Origin: Patescibacteria group bacterium
Lineage (GTDB): Bacteria > Patescibacteriota > Patescibacteriia > UBA9934
Assembly (NCBI GenBank): GCA_038064675.1
Contig: JBBTSM010000002.1
Coordinates: 70,507-134,506, forward strand
DNA length: 64,000 bases
Direction of reading: 5' to 3'
Made by a program: the position numbers and the translations under genes. The notes under the pieces are model-generated. The model made no database searches and was not told where the DNA came from. It saw only the letters and a program-made list of their open reading frames with translations. Position 1 is the first letter of the stretch. Each line of letters opens with the position of its first letter. This document shows positions 59,301 to 64,000 of the stretch, piece after piece.

Positions 59301-62300
59301 TTGTTGACAGCTCTGCGTATAAATGGAACTGGTCAAAGGGGAGCGGTTCGTACGTTGATTTTGATACGAATATTGACGACGAAGTTGACGCTGACTGCAC
59401 CGCGGACCCAACGGCGTGTGCGTCCTTTGAGGCCTTCGCTGAGGGCGTTACAACCATTACTGCAACTGCCTTAAATACGAGTGGGGCCGGGAATGTTTCC
59501 GATGACGCGTCGCTTACCGTGAATTTCACCGATCCATACATTTCGAATTACGCACCAGATTGTACAGAAGCGTGTACGAACGCAGGGGTTACGGCGTCGT
59601 TCAATACTGCTATGACGCGGTCGCAGATTGAGGGTGGTGGGAATATTGTGTTGGACCATTGCTCGAACGAACTGTGCACAAACCTTGCCTTTGTGGATTC
59701 GGATCCCGATTGTACATTCGACCCTGCAGATGCGACACGTTGCACCGGCTTCGCATTCCCAGAAGAGCCTCTCGCGGCTGGTGAGTATTACCGCGTTATC
59801 GTTTCCGGAGCCGTTACAAGCACGAGTGGTGTTGCGTTGATCCGTACAAATTACGGTTCCGCATATTCGTGGACCTTCCGTGTTCGTGAAGACGGAACCG
59901 CATGTGCGGTTGAGCGGATTTCGTTATTGCCATCGAGTGCTGTTGTTGCGGCAGTAGGCGACGCGACAGCGTTTACTGTTGATGCATTCGGTGCAGCAGA
60001 TTCCTGCTCAACGTCTGGTCAGCAGCTCGTGGGATCGAAATATACATGGGGATGGACGAATCCAATTCCTGACGCTGATCAAAATACCGTCACGGAAAAT
60101 CATACCGCAGCATGGAAGATTGATGGTGTGTTACTCGATGGGGGATCGTTATCGATCGTTGCCGGATGTTCTGCGTCGTGTACGCCAATTGGAAGCTCGC
60201 CGGATCAAGCGGTCTGTGGCGACGGCGTACTCGATAAAGGAACTGATGGAAGTGGCGAAGAGTGCGATGATACAAATACCAGTAATGGCGATGGTTGTTC
60301 TGAAACATGCTTGCTAGAAGGGTCGCCATCATGTTCATTCACGTGTAGTTCAACTGGAGCAACGTGTACTGTAAATAGTGAATGTCAGGAAACATGTGAT
60401 ACGAGTACATCTTTGTGTTCGGTGAGCGGAACTGTATGCACAACGAATTCCGATTGCGCATACGTGGCCGCAACATGCGGAACGACCGGAACGAATTGCT
60501 GCGGAAACAGTCGTGTTGATGTAAAGGCTTGGACGGATACTTCGGAGGACTACGCAGAAAGCTGTGATGACGGAAACGTAGTGAATGGCGACGGATGTTC
60601 GGCGTTGTGTTTGGCGGAAGGGTCGGCGACTGTTGGTTCGACATGCGGAAATAACGACATCGCTTTTGACGACACTTCACATGCCGGAGAAGTATGTGAT
60701 GACGGAAATAACGCGAGCGGCGATGGATGTTCGCGATTGTGTTTGCCAGAAGGCTCACAGAGTCTTGCACACCTTGGTGGCGCGTTGTGCGGCGATGGAT
60801 TCATCACATCGCCATACGAAACGTGTGACGACGGAAATACTAATGACAACGACGGATGTTCTTCGGTCTGTATTCGTGAGGGCCTTGCAAAATGTACTGC
60901 AACCGTCACAGCGAACTGCTGTGGCAACGCCACGATAGACCAAAAGGCGGCGGACGCGACGAATGAAAATAGCGGCGGCGAAGACTGTGATCCTGCCGCG
61001 GGAGCAGAGGGCTGCACGAGTAGCTGTACGTTTGAAGGTTCGTCGGTAGAGTACGCGACGCCTTCAGTGTGTGGAGATGGTGTTGCTGGGATTGGCGAGT
61101 ATGAATCTTGCGAATCGGCGAGCTTCACCGGAGACGGAAAAGACGATCCAACCCAGGTTGCGTATATGACGTCTGGTGCGGTGCTCGAAGTAAGCCCAAC
61201 GACGAATCGAGCTATTGCCGATGTGACGGTTTCTATCGCCGAAGCACCTGATCTTTCCGATACTGCGAGCTTTGCGCTGACGTGTGCGGCATCGAGCGAT
61301 CAAGACTGCGCGGATCCAATAACGACCGGTGTTGGTATCGCAAACTGCTGCGTGCCTCGTCCTATACTAGAATCTTCTGCGCCTTCCGGGACGTCGGTAT
61401 GCCGTAATGCCGCAATCAACGGTGTGTTTTCTGAGGAGATGGAGAAGGGGTCGTTCACGTTCGAGGAATCTGCTGACGGTACAGCCACGACAACACCGTA
61501 CATGTACGTGAAGTTGAATCTTTCTGGATCTCAGACGTGTCCAGACGGGTACACTACACTTGCCATGAGCAGAACAAGTCTCTTTGCACGAATCATGCAA
61601 ACGATTCGTACGTTCTTTGTTGGTGAGGATGCAGAAGCCGCTGCAGCTGCTGGCGCTGCGAATTCTGGAGATTGTATTCTGCGAATCGATTCATACGCAC
61701 AGACCGACATGGGTGATGGAACGTTTAAGGTGTCCCTGAATTATAGTCAGGCACTCGAAGCAAGCTCGAGCTATACGTTGGTGTTTGTGGGTGACGACGA
61801 TAGAACGGACGCCACTACAGAGGGAATCACCTCCAAGCTCGGTGCTGGCATGGCCGGTACGCAGTCGGTGACGTTCACTACGGGGACGGATATTTGTACG
61901 CTCGATGCGGTGGTTGTTGAAGACACAGATCAAACAAGTCCAAATACATTTACCACAACAGGGGAATCGCACATGTTTACCGCAACGCCGGTGTCGTATA
62001 GCAATAGCACACGTCAGGAAATCACTAGCATCCCAGGCGTATACAGCTGGACGTGGTCTGGCTGGGAGAGTGCGGATACCACGCTCTTTACCGCTGCACA
62101 GGGCGATGCATCGGCGCTTGACACTGCCACGGTTTCCGCGGTTGGCGACAACGGTGATTCTACGGTTATCGCGACAGCAACGGTGACAGACTCCGCGACT
62201 TCTGCTCAGGCCTGTAGCGTTTCAACCACACAGAGTTGTTCGGTTGATGCAGATTGCCCGGGCACGGAAACGTGCGAAACCGTAACATCCACGGTCAGTG

Positions 62301-64000
62301 GATCTGCTGATGTTACCGCGCTTCTTTGCGAGAACCCATGGCCGTCACTTTCGTCGTACCCATGGACCGACGACGCATCTGGTGATTCTGGAGTTTCGGA
62401 GCTTCCAGGCGGATACATGAATTTCTCGGTGGCATATTGTAAGGATTATGGTTCCGATTCTGGATCCTGCAGCGTAACCACAACAACGTCTTGTAACGCA
62501 GATAGTGATTGCCCGGCGAGCGAAACATGTTCGCTGCACGATTTCTCGGACGATCTTCCAGATGTAAACGTAGTTCTTGCTCCAACGTCGCCATCAAGCA
62601 AGGTGTTGAAGGAATATCTCTTCGAAATCGACGCGGCATCTTCTTCAGCGTCGGCGAACGATGCGGGGGATGTGATTGGTGTGCGTGTGTTGAGTAACGC
62701 GGATTTCTTGAGTCCAATGGCGTGGTATGAGAGCCAAGGATTCTCTGGAAGTCCGTCGGGAACAACCGTTGATGGATTCCAGGCCGTTACTGACGAGCGC
62801 TCAACATATATCGCGATGGCGAATGCGACAGCCGGCGGTTTGTATTCAAATATTCTCGTTATTTCCTACAATGAAGGCGCATCGATGGTTACTCAAGAGG
62901 TCTATAACCAAATGCTGGAGAATATTCATTTCTTAACGAACGTTACGGATACCGCAGTGTGTAGCGTGACTGCAACCACCGCGTGTACATCGGATGCGCA
63001 GTGCCCTTCTGGCGAAACGTGTCTTGATGATAAGGCAAAAATCATGCGCGATACTGCTCGTCTTGGAGATTTGAAGGATATCTCGATCGCGGTTGCTGCG
63101 TATGGATCGGACAACGGAACCTGCAGTGTGACAACAGCACAGACATGTTCCGATGATACCGACTGTCCAAGCGGAGAAACGTGCGAGGAAACTGTGCCGA
63201 CGCTTCCGTCCGGCACTGCAGTTCGGGCGCTTGCATCGAGCGCATGGGCATCCTGGTCTGAATCTCTGGGCGGCGCACTCGATGCATCGTCGCTTCCAAC
63301 GGATCCGTTGAACGCTTATGCCACGTGTTCGGGATACGATTCTGCGACGTGTGTAAACCAGACGAGTGGTGCGTATTCCTGTCCGGATGGATCGTATGTG
63401 TATCATTATCGCGCGGTTGGTTCGCGCGATTACGAGCTTGCAACAGAATTGGAATATACTGCTTCGACCTGGGTGAATCATATCGACGACGATGCAACAG
63501 ATGCCGTGACGTATTACACGTCGTCCTACTGCGACGGCGATGTGTACGGCACATCAAGCTCTTGTGGCGACGGCATCATTGGTGTGAATGCGGACGGCGT
63601 TACGGAAACCTGTGAAATTGGCGATGTTCAGGCGGCGACATGTACAACGGCCGACGGCGCTTCGGGTATAGCGAATGCAGAATGCAATGGCACATGTACG
63701 GGATACGATGTGGTTGCTGCCGATGCAACGTGTAGCGCAGACTCTTGTGGCGACGGTGTGGTGAACGGTACGGAGATTTGTGACGACGGCGCGATGAATG
63801 GTGAATACGGTTATTGTGGAGACCTGTGTGATTACGTTACAGCTACATTCTGTGGCGACGGTGTGATTTCCGGTGGTGAGGCGTGCGACTGTGGTGATTC
63901 AAACGCAACAACCGCGCTCACGGATTCGAAACCATATAGCGGAAGCGTTGGGTCGTGTATTGGTCGTAATGGAACATACGGTGCAAATCCAAACACCACC
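56324..64000 (+). CDS. giant secreted surface protein (more than 2550 aa, 3' end outside the window): pilin-type N-domain, 4 IPT/TIG-like domains, Myxococcus-type cysteine-rich repeats (CGDG....E.CDDGN...GDGCS..C) and CxxDxDCPxGETC mini-repeats
   Basis: GTG start; by hand translation the frame is open to the window end, and no listed plus-strand ORF shares its frame; N-terminal GVIGIILVCFIVYGGFVWMTAAGRPDQVDKAKKILINAVIGLIIILMSWSIA; IPT-like ITDVSPRDGVVGTYVTITGTDFG x4; at least 6 CDDGN..DGCS repeats between 60180 and 61060. Confidence 0.7.
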   Translation, partial: MNQRLAKLFTIAGLGLVLGVGAFGIRPSITLAADVATDTLTSVGGETGLSTTDPKIIIGNIIRTGLGVIGIILVCFIVYGGFVWMTAAGRPDQVDKAKKILINAVIGLIIILMSWSIATFVISSLTNATGTGGPGGTGGGGGPGPGLGGGSPSSFTATGYSPFGSVTIRNIVPRITFSKTVDSTTVDANITITDASGTAVAGTYVTTGNYVKFTPAAACPDPNSDRFCFDENAVFTITVGTGLLSSSGAAITCNTTTPCRSTFTSGSLVDTEDPVVSIVVPESNEGVPTDSTMTVEGYFTDDAGIAGADFLIDDEWQDSLPPIGNPTETTIDAELSTVSFIAGDRYTVSVTATDLAGNTNTDSVSVRAQPEWCFNGVLDADLGETGIDCGGDATATTYCGACDGSSCTESADCASGSCAAGVCESNPIITDVSPRDGVVGTYVTITGTDFGANTGSILFTDAAGTGTVEAEILTSCADGWSDMQVVVAVPTGAGDGPITLTNADNISDTTDDDSGELVPNFDVNDTVHPGLCSLSKTSGTSTSALTLSGANFGSTQSTSTVSFSSTAAGSYTAWSDSSAKVTVPSATAGSYDVGITVGGEASNTIAFTISETTSETATITGISPSEGGIGQYVTLTGSNFGTAVGTVTFTGSTGDTATGSVDFPAACSSDYWDDNEVVIIVPDVFDNGTALSAGAYTVSVTPRGGTASSAVNFTVTEAAPTPGICSITSTADVGGSVTIVGDSFGLATDTVTFYNAVTSITATSWNNSSIEVAVPTGAVTGPVTVTVGGVESNSANLTVGAVVSTTTTAITAAYAWDFSTGEIMDVPAVVSECSADTVSAVPSNTYSEQAEICVNAVVYAEFTTLMNEVTVENALSVVKCTAAVSSPSDDPCAITEAVSGTATAASSTSASRVTWIPNVEFDTDTTYRVTVSTAALSIDSIAMARNATWEFTTSLSTEHCVVDRVTVTPSEDTISEKYANANFAANAGTGCVVVDSSAYKWNWSKGSGSYVDFDTNIDDEVDADCTADPTACASFEAFAEGVTTITATALNTSGAGNVSDDASLTVNFTDPYISNYAPDCTEACTNAGVTASFNTAMTRSQIEGGGNIVLDHCSNELCTNLAFVDSDPDCTFDPADATRCTGFAFPEEPLAAGEYYRVIVSGAVTSTSGVALIRTNYGSAYSWTFRVREDGTACAVERISLLPSSAVVAAVGDATAFTVDAFGAADSCSTSGQQLVGSKYTWGWTNPIPDADQNTVTENHTAAWKIDGVLLDGGSLSIVAGCSASCTPIGSSPDQAVCGDGVLDKGTDGSGEECDDTNTSNGDGCSETCLLEGSPSCSFTCSSTGATCTVNSECQETCDTSTSLCSVSGTVCTTNSDCAYVAATCGTTGTNCCGNSRVDVKAWTDTSEDYAESCDDGNVVNGDGCSALCLAEGSATVGSTCGNNDIAFDDTSHAGEVCDDGNNASGDGCSRLCLPEGSQSLAHLGGALCGDGFITSPYETCDDGNTNDNDGCSSVCIREGLAKCTATVTANCCGNATIDQKAADATNENSGGEDCDPAAGAEGCTSSCTFEGSSVEYATPSVCGDGVAGIGEYESCESASFTGDGKDDPTQVAYMTSGAVLEVSPTTNRAIADVTVSIAEAPDLSDTASFALTCAASSDQDCADPITTGVGIANCCVPRPILESSAPSGTSVCRNAAINGVFSEEMEKGSFTFEESADGTATTTPYMYVKLNLSGSQTCPDGYTTLAMSRTSLFARIMQTIRTFFVGEDAEAAAAAGAANSGDCILRIDSYAQTDMGDGTFKVSLNYSQALEASSSYTLVFVGDDDRTDATTEGITSKLGAGMAGTQSVTFTTGTDICTLDAVVVEDTDQTSPNTFTTTGESHMFTATPVSYSNSTRQEITSIPGVYSWTWSGWESADTTLFTAAQGDASALDTATVSAVGDNGDSTVIATATVTDSATSAQACSVSTTQSCSVDADCPGTETCETVTSTVSGSADVTALLCENPWPSLSSYPWTDDASGDSGVSELPGGYMNFSVAYCKDYGSDSGSCSVTTTTSCNADSDCPASETCSLHDFSDDLPDVNVVLAPTSPSSKVLKEYLFEIDAASSSASANDAGDVIGVRVLSNADFLSPMAWYESQGFSGSPSGTTVDGFQAVTDERSTYIAMANATAGGLYSNILVISYNEGASMVTQEVYNQMLENIHFLTNVTDTAVCSVTATTACTSDAQCPSGETCLDDKAKIMRDTARLGDLKDISIAVAAYGSDNGTCSVTTAQTCSDDTDCPSGETCEETVPTLPSGTAVRALASSAWASWSESLGGALDASSLPTDPLNAYATCSGYDSATCVNQTSGAYSCPDGSYVYHYRAVGSRDYELATELEYTASTWVNHIDDDATDAVTYYTSSYCDGDVYGTSSSCGDGIIGVNADGVTETCEIGDVQAATCTTADGASGIANAECNGTCTGYDVVAADATCSADSCGDGVVNGTEICDDGAMNGEYGYCGDLCDYVTATFCGDGVISGGEACDCGDSNATTALTDSKPYSGSVGSCIGRNGTYGANPNTT

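Overview
This 64 kb window reads as a compact, gene-dense stretch of chromosome from a small-genome bacterium. Gene content and organisation look CPR/Patescibacteria-like. Evidence for that: the S10-spc cluster runs rpsE-rplO with no L30 gene, tRNA genes encode their CCA ends, many gene ends overlap, and giant surface proteins carry pilin-like N-termini. Background G+C is about 50% by eye. The core content comprises rarA, an rsmB-family methyltransferase, leuS, comEC, ndk, murA, an M50 protease, an ITPase, rpsL-rpsG-fusA and tuf. It continues with a complete S10-spc block (rpsJ through rplO, then secY-adk-map), ruvX, recO, a HIT protein, tandem asnS/aspS-type class II synthetases, scpAB, a D-Ala-D-Ala carboxypeptidase, three tRNAs, an LCP protein, der, pth, lepB, hisS, rpsU, a YqeY/GatB-domain protein and hflX. 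The accessory content is more interesting and falls into seven groups. (1) A roughly 1.9 kb insertion splits fusA from tuf. It carries a small gene, a frameshifted paralog sharing an identical terminator, and an orphan Phd/YefM-like protein with an acidic tail. (2) Two visibly GC-rich islands encode lipoproteins: two next to a cupredoxin-domain secreted protein, and one built from MopE-type putative metal-binding Cys repeats. (3) Two tandem giant secreted proteins have VirB2/TrbC-like pilin N-termini, IPT/TIG domains and Myxococcus-type cysteine-rich repeats; the second runs off the window edge after more than 2500 aa. (4) A T-box-type leader with a GGUGGCACCGCG antiterminator motif lies upstream of asnS. 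(5) Several dispersed repeat families are present: a type I-E CRISPR-repeat-like palindrome in two solo copies, two duplicated terminator modules, and TCGCTCA heptamer arrays upstream of hisS and hflX. (6) A roughly 140-nt imperfect hairpin sits next to one of the CRISPR-like repeats. (7) A 270-bp inverted-repeat region lies between two tRNA genes. There is no CRISPR array, no cas gene, no integrase or transposase and no rRNA. All calls rest on motif recognition by eye; no database search or computation was run.
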